From Octopus vulgaris (lineage: Eukaryota), in assembly GCA_951406725.2 (NCBI GenBank), contig OX597818.1, forward strand, positions 119,474,001-119,538,000: a DNA stretch of 64,000 nt, in the 5' to 3' direction. Below, in pieces: positions 24,891 through 39,635 of the stretch. Positions within the stretch are counted from its first letter, which is position 1. The number at the start of each line of letters is the position of its first letter. Below the pieces are notes generated by a model. That model worked only from the letters and a program-made list of their open reading frames with translations, ran no database searches and was not told the DNA's origin. The translations under genes were made by a program, and so were the position numbers.

Positions 24891-26690
24891 TATACCTCAC
24901 AGTGCTCTGAATACAATGACTTCGTTGTCAAAAATGGTTTGTTACTGCAACTTGAGGTTTCTATTTCTTGTATTATTTATTAAGGAAAATCGTTTATGTG
25001 AAACTAGTTTTGTGTTTTGAAGACAGTGAATGCCCGTATACGAACATAGAATGAATTGTTGATCGTAAGTTTGATACAAAGTTACGTCTACATAAAAGTT
25101 CGCACGATGCATTTTTGTTTGATTACAACTAACTTTTTATGCACATTATGCTGTGCTTTCTGTTACAGCTATACTAACCTCGCACACATAATATCATATT
25201 TTACTAAAACGTGAATACGAATGCATTGTATATGTTCCCATAATAAATGCCTTAGAAAGTCAATTGCGGTTATTTACCGTGAAAAGAAACAAACTAGCAA
25301 TATACTTGTTGTCTTCGGTCACGATTTATACAGTTTGCTCTTTTACATTAGCATAAAACCAACCATAAAGTATGATAATATTATAATAGGTGTTATAAAC
25401 AGTAGCCAAAATAAAGCTGTGTTATCGTGTTATTTAATGTTGCATATTGTGTACAAAGAAACCGGACAGGTGAAATATTTAATTCAGTAAATTGTTTAAT
25501 TCTCAGACAAAGACTTCAAGATGGAAATTTCAATAATGTATTTCTCAATAAATATTTTCTTCAATTGGTGAAATATTTTCTAAAAAATTATGTTCGTGAG
25601 TAGAACCATGAAAGTTACATGTTTATCATGTTGGCCTGAATCTCAGTAAATATATTAAGTTAGAATGAATAGTACAAATAAAAAGAAAATATGGCCCATA
25701 TATTTCAAACAAATTTTTATAGAAATTATTATTTTCCTATTCGTTCTTTTGGTCTGTTGTTTAGTCTAAATTCTTGGTTTGGTTAAAGTAGGATGTCGGT
25801 CGAAACCAACTGTTTTCTTTCAATCATACGACATTAAGACGAATTTTATGCAGTTTTGTAAACACACGGAAAGGAAAAAAAATCGCGATCGTTTATGACT
25901 TTTGTTATGGTAGATGCAATTTTGGAGATGTACAACTTGGAAAAGTTTTTCGATAAATGGATGAATTGTGATTTTGTTTGCCTAATTTTTTCTTTTTAGA
26001 AATACTGTTGTATTTTAAGTGAATATAAAGAAAAAATTATTTTATGCAACGAATATAGGTAACAACCTATTATGCGTTGTTTATGTCGTTTTGAACATTA
26101 TTTTAAACAGTAAACAGTATCATGGGTGAAAATAAATTGAATTAGGTATTTTTCCAGTAAATATGTTTGTAAATAATGAATACTAAATGATGAATGTAAT
26201 TTTAGAGAAGGATTTCACTGAAATTATGTGACTAAAATGATGTTTCACGACTACATATTGTAATATCACAATATTACTATAATTGAAATATCTGGAAATA
26301 CGTTGTTTCGACCTCGCTACCTCATGATTGTGAGCCCGACGCTCTAACCATTTTTTTTATTTATAAATGAATTTTGATATATAAATGTGTTTTCATAAGT
26401 ACTTATGACATTATACGTGCATATATGGATAACAGGTAAACCGGGTTTGAGCATGGATAAGTAGGCGTCACTGACTGTGTGTAAATTGGTGGTTGTGGTT
26501 GGGAATATTGAACTGTTAGTAGAGAAAGACATGCATAGTTCTATAATAATTTGCAAACTTAATGCTTTTGGTTTTTAGTGATAGTGCAAGCTATAGTTAA
26601 AATATAGGAACATGCAAATAATTATTCATGAAATCATACAAATATCCTGCGTAGCAGCGGTAAGAGAGGAATGAACATACCAGCATGATG

Positions 26691-26727
<37 letters not shown>

Positions 26728-27716
26728 TACATACATACATACATACTCTCACATACATATATAAGTTAACGGTAGGAATAACCATTTCTTGGAAATAATA
26801 CATATTTCGCCAGTCAATGGTAAAACTAAATGAAATATAAAGAATATATATTTTCAAATCGATAATTTAGAAATACATATGAAATGTTTAAACAATATGA
26901 CACATGGTAAATAACTCAATCTAAATCGATTAAAATAAATATATACATTCCATATAGTCTTTCTTTGAACATGTTTTCTAATGGAAGTTTCTAGTTCAAA
27001 TATTCCATGCTACCCAGAGCCTTTGTGTCTGGTTAAAAGAATGTTATTTATCTTGGTTCTTGACATCAAGGGTTGCATTTCTGCATGTATTTCTTGTATA
27101 TCATTACATGTGTATTAAATTGCACTGTGTGTGAGAGAGAGAGAAAGAGAGAGACAGACAGACAGACAGTCAGACAGAGATAGAGACAGATAGACAGAGA
27201 AATAGAAAGACAGAGTGTTTGTGTGTGTGTGTATGATATAGTAGCAGTTTTATTTTTACTGCTGGCACTGCATTTACTGGTACAGATAGAATGAGAATCA
27301 AATCTGTCCAACAAGGTAAATATTCACTGGAGTTCGGTGGTTTGACTCTTCAAATAATACCGCGTGAAAAATAACCTGTTTCAAGGTGATTCACCTAGGA
27401 TAAAATTGTGTTGTCACACTTTGGTTATGCATCTCTTTCAAAACAGTATCACTCGAGAGAAGGCGTAAACAAAGCGTATTCGTGAAAATGAATTATTAAG
27501 TAAAAACCATCTTATATTTGTTTGCATCTAGCAGTTGAGTATAAGATATATTGGGTAAGATAATAGCGAGATCCTAACTACCGTGACTAAGAACCACTAG
27601 AAAGCAGCAGAAGATACTATATTACTTCTCAAATAAGAAAAGAAACCATGGCACTTGTATCTTTAGCTTTGTTAATTTCTTAAACTTGACTACCTGAGAA
27701 ACAAAAAAAAATCACT

Positions 27717-28177
27717 GGAGTGGCTCTGTGGTAAGTAGCTTGCTTACCAACCACATGGTTCCGGGTTCAGTCCCACTGTGTGGCACCTTGGGCAAGTGTC
27801 TTCTACTATAGCCTAGGGCTGACCAAACCCTTGTGAGTGGACTTGGTAGACGGAAACTAAAAGAAGCCCGTCGTATGTATGTATGTATGTATGTATGTAT
27901 GTATGTATGTATGTATGTATGCATGTATGTATGTATGTATGTATGTATGTTTGTATGTATATATGTATATGTTTGTGTGTCCGTGTTTGTCCCCCAACAT
28001 CGCTTGACAACTGATGCTGGTGTGTTTCCGTCCCCGTAACTTAGCAGATCGGTAAAAGAGAGCAGATAGAATAAGTACTAGGCTTACAACGAATAAGTCC
28101 TCGGGTCGAATTGTTCAACAAAAGGCGGTGCTCCAGCATGTCCGCAGTCAAATGGCTGAAACTAATAAAAGAATAAA
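27717..28177 (+). mobile_element. SINE family A, full length, internal (TATG)n
   Basis: Family A match. Confidence 0.9.
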
Positions 28178-30540
28178 TCACCAAATGATTTTGCTATACG
28201 CATGCGCTCTTTGATTTTGACTGTGTCATGTGCTACATCAACGTAATCCTTGAATATTTGTTCTGGAGAGCTCCGAGAATTTCTCATCTTAAATTTGAAC
28301 AATTCTAAACTAATACACAGCTTCTTACAGTCTCAGCTATCGTTCGATCTCTCTGTCATTTTTGCTAAGGAACAACGATTTAAGGACTCTTATATATTTC
28401 CTTTAAATTTGGAAACCCCACAATTATCCGGCAGACCCTTTTTCGCAATATTGCACTTTCCACTTGGACAGTGCTAAGTGAACCATTGCCACTCAGCTCA
28501 GTATCAACCTACATGAGACTTTTGTTCACAAAATACCCAGATATACAATCGGAAGTGACTAGGTGTCATTCTTTTACCACTCAAAATAACTTAAAACTCG
28601 GAATTCATTATCCACGAGAAAACATATTCAACCGCGATGTTTTCCTCGCTTTCGAAATGAAGATTAAGATGAACGGTCACCTAATACGGGAAAGCATTTT
28701 TCTTCCTTATCCTTTTGCTTAATGTCATTTCCAGCCAACAGCAGTCATTCTTCATTGTAGGAAGTAATAAACTATCTTGCACAATTTTCCTTTTTCTTAC
28801 ATTCATTCAATTTCGTTTTTAACAGTTCAGCAACAGTCAAGTTTTCCTCTTTTGGGTGGGAATTATTTTTGTTCACTACAACTTTTCTCTTCAACTAGTA
28901 TTTTTCTCGTTTGCCACTCTGTAAGTAATCTGTACTTCTTTTCCCTTTCGGCAATTTTTTTTCTTGCATCCAATTTTTCCATTGTTTCACACACGCACCT
29001 GCATACACATGTTCCCTGCTCTATCATCCAGTAACATGTATTTTTGTAGTATTTCATTTTTCTCTAGATTTATGTATTTTACGTTGATTTATTTTGCACT
29101 CACAATTTAACGTTCTTTTTCACTCGACTTACTCTCTGAAGATTCACAGAACACGTTCTAACATAGACACATAAAAGGAATTCTCTTTCTCACTCGATAC
29201 GTTTGCCAGAGGCTGTAAAGAGATCTCCACACACGTACATGCAAGCTCACCACATTATGTATTTGCTTTACGCTACATGGTGCCTTCATATATCAGTTGT
29301 TATTTTTAAATCTATCTTAACATTAGGTTCAAGTTCCTGGCATAACTTCCATCACATACCGCTCATGGCTACATTTATAATAGCATTACTTCACTTTCTA
29401 TAGAATCTCGGACACATAACGAATCAGTAGAGAAAGTTTGCAGCCCATGCTATTCAGCTCGCTGCATTGTTTATCTCAACTAAACTACTAACATAACCCG
29501 CCATTTTTGCATATTAGTCATCTACAGTATATGACCATATTTACAGAAACTGTAGGCTTTTTGCGTGGTACATAGGCACTCAGGCACGTGGCATCATACA
29601 CAAATATAGTTATATAAGACTATAGAATTACGGATCAAGAATACCAGCCAGTTTATCAAGAATGAGCTTTATATTTTACTATACATGTTCACTGGACTAA
29701 TAACACATTTTTTTCCACAAATTATTGTTCTTGCCACTCAAACATAAACATACACATCTCATTGAATTTGCGAATAGGTTTTTCTCGTACCACGACTCAC
29801 TTATGTCCATAAAATTAATTTCTGCATACAACAACACCTCAGATTTTCCCTTCTAGTACATAAAAAGCCCACACTAGCCTTACAACATTTAGTCATCTAC
29901 TAACGACCTTGTTCATTCCTTAGGTTTTAATTATCTATATACGTCGTTTGTGAGTGATATAAGTGTTAGTGAAGTTTACACACACGACTTGTGATGTAAC
30001 TAAGAAGATATAAACAACGCCAAGTATGTTCTTCACAAAGATTATCGTATGTTTGCATCTCACAGACGAGAGAGTAACACATTAGTGGAAACAAGATTGA
30101 AGATCTATGTCAGCCGGCTTTGACAGGTCAGCCACAACGATAGATCGCCAGCAAGGAACATATTATATAAGAAAAATTATATACAACAACTCATGAAAGA
30201 AGAAAATAAACCCGTAAATTATTATTGGCAGCAGTGTTATACCTATGAACTTTACTATCTGCAAACGATATCCATATTGACACCCAATTGTTTTCTTTAA
30301 AAACTACTCCTAAATCATTTTTGTGTAGATCACATTGATTTACTGTACGCACGAGCAGTTCGGTTAAGTTTTCCTTTCTCTGTTCTTCTTCCTGTATTAT
30401 ATTCTCCATGTAAATCATTAAATATTTCCCCCTGAGTAGTTGTTATCCATCTGAAATATTAGCAGATGTAAACCTTATTTAAAACTCTGCCTATGATATA
30501 AATATACGCTGGTATACATACCTACACATAATATACTGGT

Positions 30541-30991
<451 letters not shown>

Positions 30992-31085
30992 TGAATAATA
31001 TATAGTATATTGACTAATTTTTCTATACGCTATGCCACTGGTAGCAAAAATTTCTAAAATCTTTATTAACCTGGTATTATCAATT

Positions 31086-31170
<85 letters not shown>

Positions 31171-31904
31171 ATAAAAATGAAGAGTACAGTTTGTTCTTAT
31201 ACACATATCAACAACTTTACACGTGCTTAAGCTGCAGTCACAGAATGATTACGAATCATTACCATTGTGCAATTATTTACAAAATGTCACATTCTCAGGA
31301 ATTATTAATTAACAGTAGAACTATGTTTAATGTCAGTGACCTTTATAAATTATGTCCATATAGCACGAATTTTATTCCCAGGTGTCTTCTACCGAGGGTA
31401 ACGGAATTTATGGATTTCTAACTCTAACTCAGGGTCACAATAAACATCACTTATGTGTGTGTGCGTGCGTGTCAAATACAATCGTTACTAAATGTGACTA
31501 GGGATACTAAGACATCTACATTGCTAGAAATAAGAATTAAAATACCCTTAATGCTGTAGGAAGAGCGCAAATGTATACCTACATGCTGAGAGGAGTTGTA
31601 ACTGCCTCACCATTGACTTGAGAATCACTCAGACTAAATGATTAGCTTCACCGATTTCCATAGGCTTCTTCAGTGAAGATCGCATGTTCGGCAGGTTGTC
31701 GAGCAATTCCGTCTGTCAGCATATATGTATTTACCATAGAAATCTATGGATCATTTAGCGGAATGCTAATGCGTATACAAACTGTTGATTTCTTTATAGT
31801 GATCAAATATATATGTTGTACTCCCATCCAATAGGCGTTTCCTGGACAGTTGCACGAGTGACCGCGTGTCAGGTATTGAAGGGATCGTAGAGCAACGTGA
31901 GAGG

Positions 31905-32003
31905 AAGGGTTTTGCTTAAGAACACAAGGCACCATCCAGTCTAGGAATTGAAACCACGATCTCGCGATTGTGAGAGCAACGCCCTAACTACTAGGCCACG
32001 TAT
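31905..32003 (-). mobile_element. tRNA-like SINE head fragment
   Basis: Reverse complement: gtggcctagtagttagggcg...ggtttcaattcc. Confidence 0.6.
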
Positions 32004-32092
32004 CCTCACACACATGCATACATACAAGTATATATGTATACATATATACACACACCCACATATACATATATATACACACACACGCATATATA

Positions 32093-32149
<57 letters not shown>

Positions 32150-32215
32150 AAGGAAATGAAGAAAATGCTGACAAATAATTGAAGTAATTTAAGTAATTTA
32201 ATTAGGTGAAAGTTC

Positions 32216-32251
32216 TTTTTACCGGTTGCGCATTTGTTATGCTTATCAAAA
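32216..32251 (-). ncRNA. Minimal hammerhead, U3-A8 variant, GAAA mutated to GCAA
   Basis: Reverse complement: tt-TTGATAA-gcat(aacaa)atgc-GCAA-ccgg-TA-aa. Lies in a short element between (TA)n arrays that resembles the PLE 3' end at 5381-5420. Confidence 0.6.
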
Positions 32252-32255
32252 TATG

Positions 32256-32293
<38 letters not shown>

Positions 32294-32384
32294 TATATAG
32301 TACGTTTAAATATTTGTTGGCTAAACTGGCAATATGACCATTCCGAAATATAACAATATATATATATATATTTATATATATTTC

Positions 32385-33490
32385 CTTTCTTTCTTTTTTC
32401 TTTTATCGGTTTCAGCCCAAAGAAGCGGCCATGCTGGGACACCGCCGTTTTACTATACTCCTAACATTGAGAGCTTCCCCTGATATGTGGCATTTGGTGA
32501 ATAAGGGAGTTTGACGTTGCGGCCCTCATTTGCGCCTCCTGCCGCGAGGTAGGTTCATCTGGGACCCTCGACAGGAAGAGATCCAGTTTTGTATTGAAAA
32601 CACCTACATCCACTTTACGTAGGTCCCTCACACTCTTTGGGAGAATATTAAAAAGCTATGGGCCCTTGAAACCCAGAGTGTTGCAGTAACCGGTCCTGAG
32701 ACGCGAGAGCATTGTCGAGATCTTTGGCATTGTGCAGTGACGCCCCGTTCAGGCACTGGTGTAGCTTTCAACGTCAAAATTTGGTACAATCCTTTCCAGG
32801 AGCTTTCAGATGTATATCACTTCATATCTTTCCCGCCTTCGCTCCGGGGAGTAGAGTCTAAGCTGTTTCAGCCTTTCCCAATAGCTAAGCTGTTGCAATG
32901 AGATGATCTTCTTTATGTAGTTTCGCTGGATTGCTTCAAAGTCCGCTGTGAGGTGACCATAGTTGGGAGCAGTAGTCCAGACGCTGAGGACGAATGTCCT
33001 TCAGGGGACCATCATGGCTTCCTCCTCTCAGGTTCTGAAGGTTTTCAGGATTCATCCAGCGAGCCGTCTGCACTTTGTCGCCATTTTGGTAATGTAAACT
33101 TGGAAAGAGATATCATCACTCAAGTTGGGAAAGGGGTATCATCATTCGGGTCGATACCTAGTCACACACTGAATAAGGTTCTGGGATTGTAATCTTCCCC
33201 GGACCAGTGTACCCTATAAGTTTTCCGTTCAACTTTGGATGCTAGTAGCACAGGGTATGTAATTATCCAGAATTAAACTGCATATTATTGTCCTCAGCCC
33301 ATCTGTAAACTGCGCCCAACTCCTGCTACAGAGGTGCAACATCGCTAGGGCTATTTTTCTTTCTGTGTCATTCGTATCATATGCGTAGCTAGCGAGGGTG
33401 GCTACCCGGACAGTTGAGGACACACATGAGAGGGTCACTATGAAAAGCAATAGCCCCAAGAGAGTGGTCTGTGTAACAGCACACACTATT
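32385..33490 (-). mobile_element. CR1/L2-group LINE, 5'-truncated in RT, degenerate
   Basis: AVTQTTLLGLLLFIV...ASYAYDT (corresponds to GVPQG..LGPLLF..YADDT); EAIQRNYIKKI..LSYWERLKQLRLYS.ERRRERY; 3' tail ggcggtgtcccagcatggccgc. Confidence 0.88.
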
Positions 33491-33521
33491 CGTGTTTCCT
33501 TTGAGATGGCTCCATATTATA

Positions 33522-33554
<33 letters not shown>

Positions 33555-33594
33555 CCTGTAAATATTATATGTTATAATTGTCACATGTTATATT

Positions 33595-33665
33595 TACAGA
33601 TAAATTCCTCTCTTTACACAATATCGAGGATTGTTTCATTCTTTTGTCTTGCCGTTTCTATCAAT
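33595..33665 (+). mobile_element. 3' terminal fragment of the family at ~23360-23530
   Basis: ataaattcctctctttacacaatatcgagg matches the reverse complement of cctcaatattatgtaaatagaggaatttat; abuts (TA)n. Confidence 0.6.
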
Positions 33666-33992
33666 ATATATATATACATATGCCTGTGTGCTGTGTGCTG
33701 CGCTAGCAGTAAATCTTTCCTAATTAACTGATTCAATCCATTCATATTCATAATCTTGCCGCATTTATTCTAAGTGTCATTCACCAGAAAATATTCCTGG
33801 CGCAATGAAGAAGTTATTGAACCCTACGAACATTGCGTTGGCCAATTGTAACTTGTTGGAATTCTCTGTAATCCTTCATTATACCCAAAACCTCGTCTGA
33901 CAGAACCAGTAATAATCTACCAGTGTAAAATACCGTGTACTACCATAATGAATCACTACTTGTTTAGTTATAATCACCAACTCTATAATATA

Positions 33993-34263
33993 TATTATTT
34001 TATTCTTTTTCTGCGGCCAGGCTGGAGCACCGCCATAATTGTTTGAATCATTGGACTGCAGAGGACATGCTGCGACGCCTTCCTCAAAGGTTTATCGAAC
34101 AGATCGACTTGTCTATGTTTTTGGGAGCGTGGTACTTTTTCTACTTCTATATTTAAAGAAACTGTTAAGGTACAAGGGCGTAAACAAGCCAATAGTAGTT
34201 TTCAAACGATGGTGCGAGGTAAACACAAGCAGACATACACACATACATGCATATATATAAATA

Positions 34264-34315
<52 letters not shown>

Positions 34316-34330
34316 TACGTATGTATGTAA

Positions 34331-34382
<52 letters not shown>

Positions 34383-34571
34383 GTATGTATAGAACTATTG
34401 TGTACGTAAGTAGTTAGGTAGGTAGGTAGGTAGGTACATTAACATGGAAGGTTCCTTTCAGTTTCCGTTTAGCAAATCTCGTGACCCTTGTCCAAGGTGT
34501 GCTGTGGTGGGACTCAACCCGAAGCAATGTGGTTGAAAGTGCAAGCTTCTTACCACAGCCATGCCTGCATC
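33993..34571 (-). mobile_element. SINE family A, degenerate
   Basis: Tail gctggagcaccgcc, internal microsatellite, head ttaccacagccatgcctgc. Confidence 0.7.
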
Positions 34572-34744
34572 TGTTATACATTTGTTTTCGACTTTAATGT
34601 CAGGTGGCAAAGCCCTTTGTGGATGCGAAAACATTGGTCACTCTATGACAGGACATAGACTTTATTACTTTAATTAATACTTTGCTCTATTGTTTAGAAT
34701 ATGCTCATTTTCTAGATATATGAGATAGTAGCAATATATATATA

Positions 34745-35636
34745 TATGGTTGCAGTGAGTGAATTGTTGTCTAAATTACACAAAAATGAAACTAACACTG
34801 ACATCTCAATTGAACAGATATATTTATCAAAATTACATGAAGATATCTTGAAATACTAAAGAGTAAATTTATTTAATAAAATCGTCATTGGCTTCAACCT
34901 CGGCCTCCAGACAACTTCGGAATCTCCTGAAACTCTTCTGGGCACTCTCGTTATTTAAGTTGGTGAATGTTGCCATAACCCTTACCTTCAGTTCATCTTT
35001 GCTGTTACAAAAAGTTCTGTTGGTTGCCCGCTCAACTGCGCTTCACACATAATAATCAAGGGGGTTGCAGTCTGGGGAGTTAGGTGGTCAGACGTTAGGG
35101 GTGATGTGGCCGCAGAAATTGTCTGGAAGCCATGACTGGGTTCTCCTGCCTGTGTGGCATGGTGCAGAGACCTGTTACTAGACATAGGGTCTTCCAACGA
35201 CTACCCTCTTGACCGGGGCAGCAATACCTCCTCCAGGCACTTGAGGTAGTCCTCCGTGTTGAGTTTGAGGGCTTGTGAGAAAATGAATAGAGGTATAACG
35301 TCGCCATCACTAGCAATCACTCCAAACACCATCATGTTGATTGGATGTTTGATTTTGATCACTCTCGGTACACATCGTTAGATGACACTGTCCTCCGAGA
35401 GACACCCAAGCACTGTGAAATGTTCGTATTGGAGCTTACGGCGTGAATACCAAGCAGTACAGTATGTTGTTTCCAAATTTCTGGCAGAATGAAATGCGTC
35501 AGGGTGCTGTATTTCTCACAGACGGTGCCCAACGGACCCTACTATACCATGCAGTCGACAAAATCAAAAACAGACAAGGCACCTGCGCGAAATTAGAAAT
35601 ATATAATGGCGACAATTTACCCATCGCATCCTCCAT
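34745..35636 (-). mobile_element. Tc1/mariner-superfamily element, DD37D (maT-like), deleted and degenerate
   Basis: Imperfect TIRs (ggttgcagtgagtgaattgttgtc / gcgacaatttacccatcgcatcc). Translation Q[V for D]SAPCH...PPNSPDCNPLDY with 37 residues between the inferred catalytic positions; several stops. Confidence 0.8.
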
Positions 35637-35958
35637 GTGTGTGAGTGTATATATTAGTATAGAGGAACAAGTATATTTACAGGAAAAGAATGTTACCTTC
35701 ATCTGTTTAGTTGCCAATTGGATATAATAACTGTTTTGTCACCTAAGACGATATTGTTCATGGCAAAGGTGCCCAGAGTATATTAATATTGCATAACTAC
35801 ATACTACCGACGATTGTGCACGAGAACAAGAGGAATACAGAAAAAAAGTATAATATGCAAAACGAAAGGAGATAGTGAACAAGGTCAAACCAACAAAAGT
35901 AGGATAGTCGTATGATAAATTTTGAAAAGGACAACGGAGGTGCAAGACCAAACACAAA

Positions 35959-36001
<43 letters not shown>

Positions 36002-36571
36002 GTCAAACTATTTGAAGGTAAATTACAGGCAGCAAGAAATACAAAAGAAATTGAAAGAAGATAAAATCATATACTTCGATGAATATGTTCTACGTGTTGT
36101 TCGTTGACTGTGTTGCGTGTAAAAGCTTATTATATAGTTTTTTAATGAGATACATCATTTTTTTTTATCTTTGTATAAGCTGCTATCATAGTGACATCGT
36201 TATTGTGATCTTGTTAGCGTGAAGAAACTTAGTTTGGCGAATTATGCGTGCGATATTAACGACTGCATATGAATTAGCATTTCAGCGAGTGTAGTGTTGC
36301 GTGTTAGTATATACACACGTAAACAGTTGCAGAAGCAGTTTTCTTTTAGAATATTATTCTTTAGTTTAGATCGAATGAAAAAAAAACAACAAAAAATACC
36401 AGAATACTTCCAGGGAATATTTCAACAGCCTCCGAAACATTTCTAGTTGCTCCTCACTTTCCTCTTAGTTATTTTTAGTGATGATAATGTTAATAGTGTT
36501 CGCGTTGTTAATGTCCATGAAGATAAAAAAAAATTACAGCTATAAGCATATTGGCGTTGGTGAGGACGGTC

Positions 36572-36686
36572 ATGGTGATGATGTTGATGGTAATGATGAT
36601 GATGACGATGATGATGATGAATGATGATGGTGATGATGGTGATGATGGATGGTAATGATGGTGATGATGGTGATGATGGTGACGAC

Positions 36687-36731
<45 letters not shown>

Positions 36732-36884
36732 AATGATGGTGATGATGGATAGTGATGATGGATGATGATGATGATGATGATGATGATGGTGATGATGATC
36801 ATGGTGATGATGATGATGATGATGGATGATGATGATGGTGATGATGATGATGATGATGGTGATGATGGATGGTGATGATGGATG

Positions 36885-36916
<32 letters not shown>

Positions 36917-37425
36917 GGTGATGATGATGATGATGATGGTGATGATGGTGATGATGGTGATGACGGATGGTGATGATGGATGATGATGGTGGTGATGGTG
37001 ATGGTGGCGACGATGATGTGGGCAATGATGACATCGGGGGGCGATGACGATGGCAGCAAATATAACGATCGCGATGAGGATGTTGATATGATGGATGATT
37101 TAGTATACCTTTTAGCCGAAAACATAATGTAAGAGAAAGAATCAGCAAATATGATCGTTCTTTAAACTAACCATAATTCTTTTCTTTTCCTTTTTTTTTT
37201 GTTTTTTCCACATTTCGAATATTGAAGTCAACAATAAAGAAGAAGATGAAGAAAATCGATGAGGAAAAAAAATAGAAAAACAAAAAGAAGTAATAATGGG
37301 AAAAGCAACGAGAAACAGAACGGGTGAATCGAACAAATCAACAAGTAGAGGGTGGAGATGCTGTTGGAAGGAAGACAAAGGAAAAGGTGATTGTGATGAA
37401 GACGAAGATGATAATGACAACGGTG

Positions 37426-37457
<32 letters not shown>

Positions 37458-37760
37458 GATGATGATGTTGTTGTTGATGTTGTTGCTGTTGTTGCTGTTG
37501 TTGTTGTTGTTGTTGTTGGTGATGGTGGTGGTGGTGGTGGTGGTGGTGGTGGTGGTGGTGGTAGTGGTTGTGGCGGTGGTCGCGTGGTGCTGGTTGTTAT
37601 GGTGGTGGTGATGGCGGTGGTAATGGCGGTGGTGATTGAGGCAGCGGTTTTAGTGGTGTTATAGTTGATGATACTGATGATGATGACGATGAGGAGGAGG
37701 AGGACGAGGACGAGGACGAGGATAGTAGTCGTGATGATGATGGTGATGAGGAGGAGGAAG
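36572..37760. repeat. Compound trinucleotide microsatellites (GAT, GGT, GTT, GAG)
   Basis: Direct reading; source of the poly-H/S/D/G pseudo-ORFs. Confidence 0.9.
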
Positions 37761-38439
37761 GTAAGGAAGACGGAAATGCTGTATAAGTGATCAGAATTGA
37801 ATGCAATTGAAATCTAAACCTGTTTTTAGATTTATTTTGTGGATTAGTTAACGTTGACCCAGAAAAGCCTCGACAAATGTGCCAAAAAGAAACAGCGGCC
37901 GAAATAAACGAACCCCAGCGCCACCATCAAAAGTAACAGGAACAGAAACCTAACATGAAACCCAAAATGAGGCTCCCAAGAGTAACCTTCGCGAAACGCA
38001 AATCATACACAAAGAATTACTTCCAGCAATCTGTTGTGTTAATAGGGTCTCCAATTCAGAGTCTTTATCATACAATGATGTTGTGGCAAGTGATCTTTCG
38101 CAGAATGTCTTTACCGGGATGAAGAGGAGAATAAATATTGGATGGAAACACAGGTTCGTCAAAAACTGGGAACCAGAAATTACGATGCCCCTCGAGAGAG
38201 CTTGTTAACCACCTGAACAGTAATGCCATCACTACAAACAATACCGTCACCATCACCACCAACCTACAATAACAACTTGAAATCTGTAACAGTATTTTAC
38301 CAACGACTTTCTAGGGTCTGTGGAGACTGATCACATCTCATCAATTCGTTCTCTTTGTTTTCACCGAAATATTATTGCATTACATATAGTTGGTTCATCC
38401 GTATTATGGCTACAAACAGCTGTTCCGTGCGTAAATACT

Positions 38440-38800
38440 ATAATTCCAGGCCCTAAATAGTATTGAAGATCAAAACGTTCCGACGAAAGTTTATATACAT
38501 GTGAAGAAATCAAGCCGATCTACCCCAGTCTGTGCATAAACAGCCACCAATCTAAAGACACTTTCATGGTATCCACGTCAAGGATCGCGAATCATACCAT
38601 TTAGGTCCAGGAAGGTTGCTCGTATTTCAAGGAAGATCGGTGTCATACAGGCACCCGAACCCAACAGTCTGAAAGATAAGAGATTCCCTATAGTCGCTAA
38701 AACGTATATCAGAGATGCGCTCCAGAAATCCTCGTCTCGCTAATGGCTGACAAATCTATATCTGGTTACATGTCTTCAATGAGAATGTGACCTTTCCGAT
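38440..38800 (-). pseudogene. Highly degenerate L1/Tx1-like APE endonuclease fragment
   Basis: Minus-strand translations DIDLSAISETRIS, VFRLVAVYAQTG and FNTI occur in the expected order. Confidence 0.5.
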
Positions 38801-39172
38801 GACAAACTAAAGCTAGGCCCCGAAACATTATGCCCCATTCTGAGGTCTTTTTCTTTTGGGATAAGATAACTATCAGAACCAATCTCTATAAACAAGCTGT
38901 CCAAGGATATTTTTTTCTTTGTAGCGGGTGGATTCGGCGAAACCCTCATCGCTCGTTAGATTAATTTTGTTATTGATTACTTTTTCAATGAAATCAACGT
39001 TGCTCCTCTCTTCAGGGCCAACAGTTTCGAAGGGAGGGAAATACTTGACTTGCACATTATGTTATTTAGTCCGAAATAATGAAATGCAAAGCTGACCCAA
39101 AGAGCCATAAGAAATATCGCTAAGTATGATGTCCGGTGTTAAGGGTTCTACAAGCTCACCACCTTAATAATA

Positions 39173-39401
39173 TGTTTCTTTATTGCCCACAAAGGGCTAC
39201 ACAGAGAGGACAAACAAGGACAGACAAACGGATTAAGTCGATTATATCGACCCCAGTGCGTAACTGGAACTTAATTTATCGACCCCGAAAGGATGACAGG
39301 CAAAGTCGACCTCGGCGGAATTTGAACTCAGAACGTAACGGCAGGCGAAATACGGCTACGCTTTTCGCCCGGCGCGCTAACGTTTCTGCCAGCTCACCGC
39401 T
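39173..39401 (-). mobile_element. SINE family B, full length (degenerate neighbour at ~39435-39625)
   Basis: Reverse complement: gcggtgagctggcagaaacgttagc...gagttcaaattcc...catcctttcggggtcgataaattaag. Confidence 0.88.
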
Positions 39402-39635
39402 TTACGTCATCGTAATAATAGCAATATTAATTCTTTCAGATTTTTGTAGAAGGCCAGTGATTTTAGGGGAAGAAGTTAGTCGGTTACATCGACTCCAGTG
39501 CTCAACAGGCGCTTATTTTCTCGACCCTTAAAGGTTGAACGACAAAGAATTCGAACGTAACGAGGTGGAAGAAATTATGCAAAGCATTTTGATCATGCAA
39601 TAATGATTCTACGAGCTTGACACCTTAATGCTGAG

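Noticed and set aside
26300-26350. gtttcg/tcatga pattern resembling a hammerhead or tRNA
   Set aside because: Reverse complement is a degenerate tRNA-like SINE head; it has neither a hammerhead fold nor a cloverleaf.
36443-37806. Poly-His/Ser/Gly ORFs
   Set aside because: GAT/GGT/GTT microsatellites with phase shifts.
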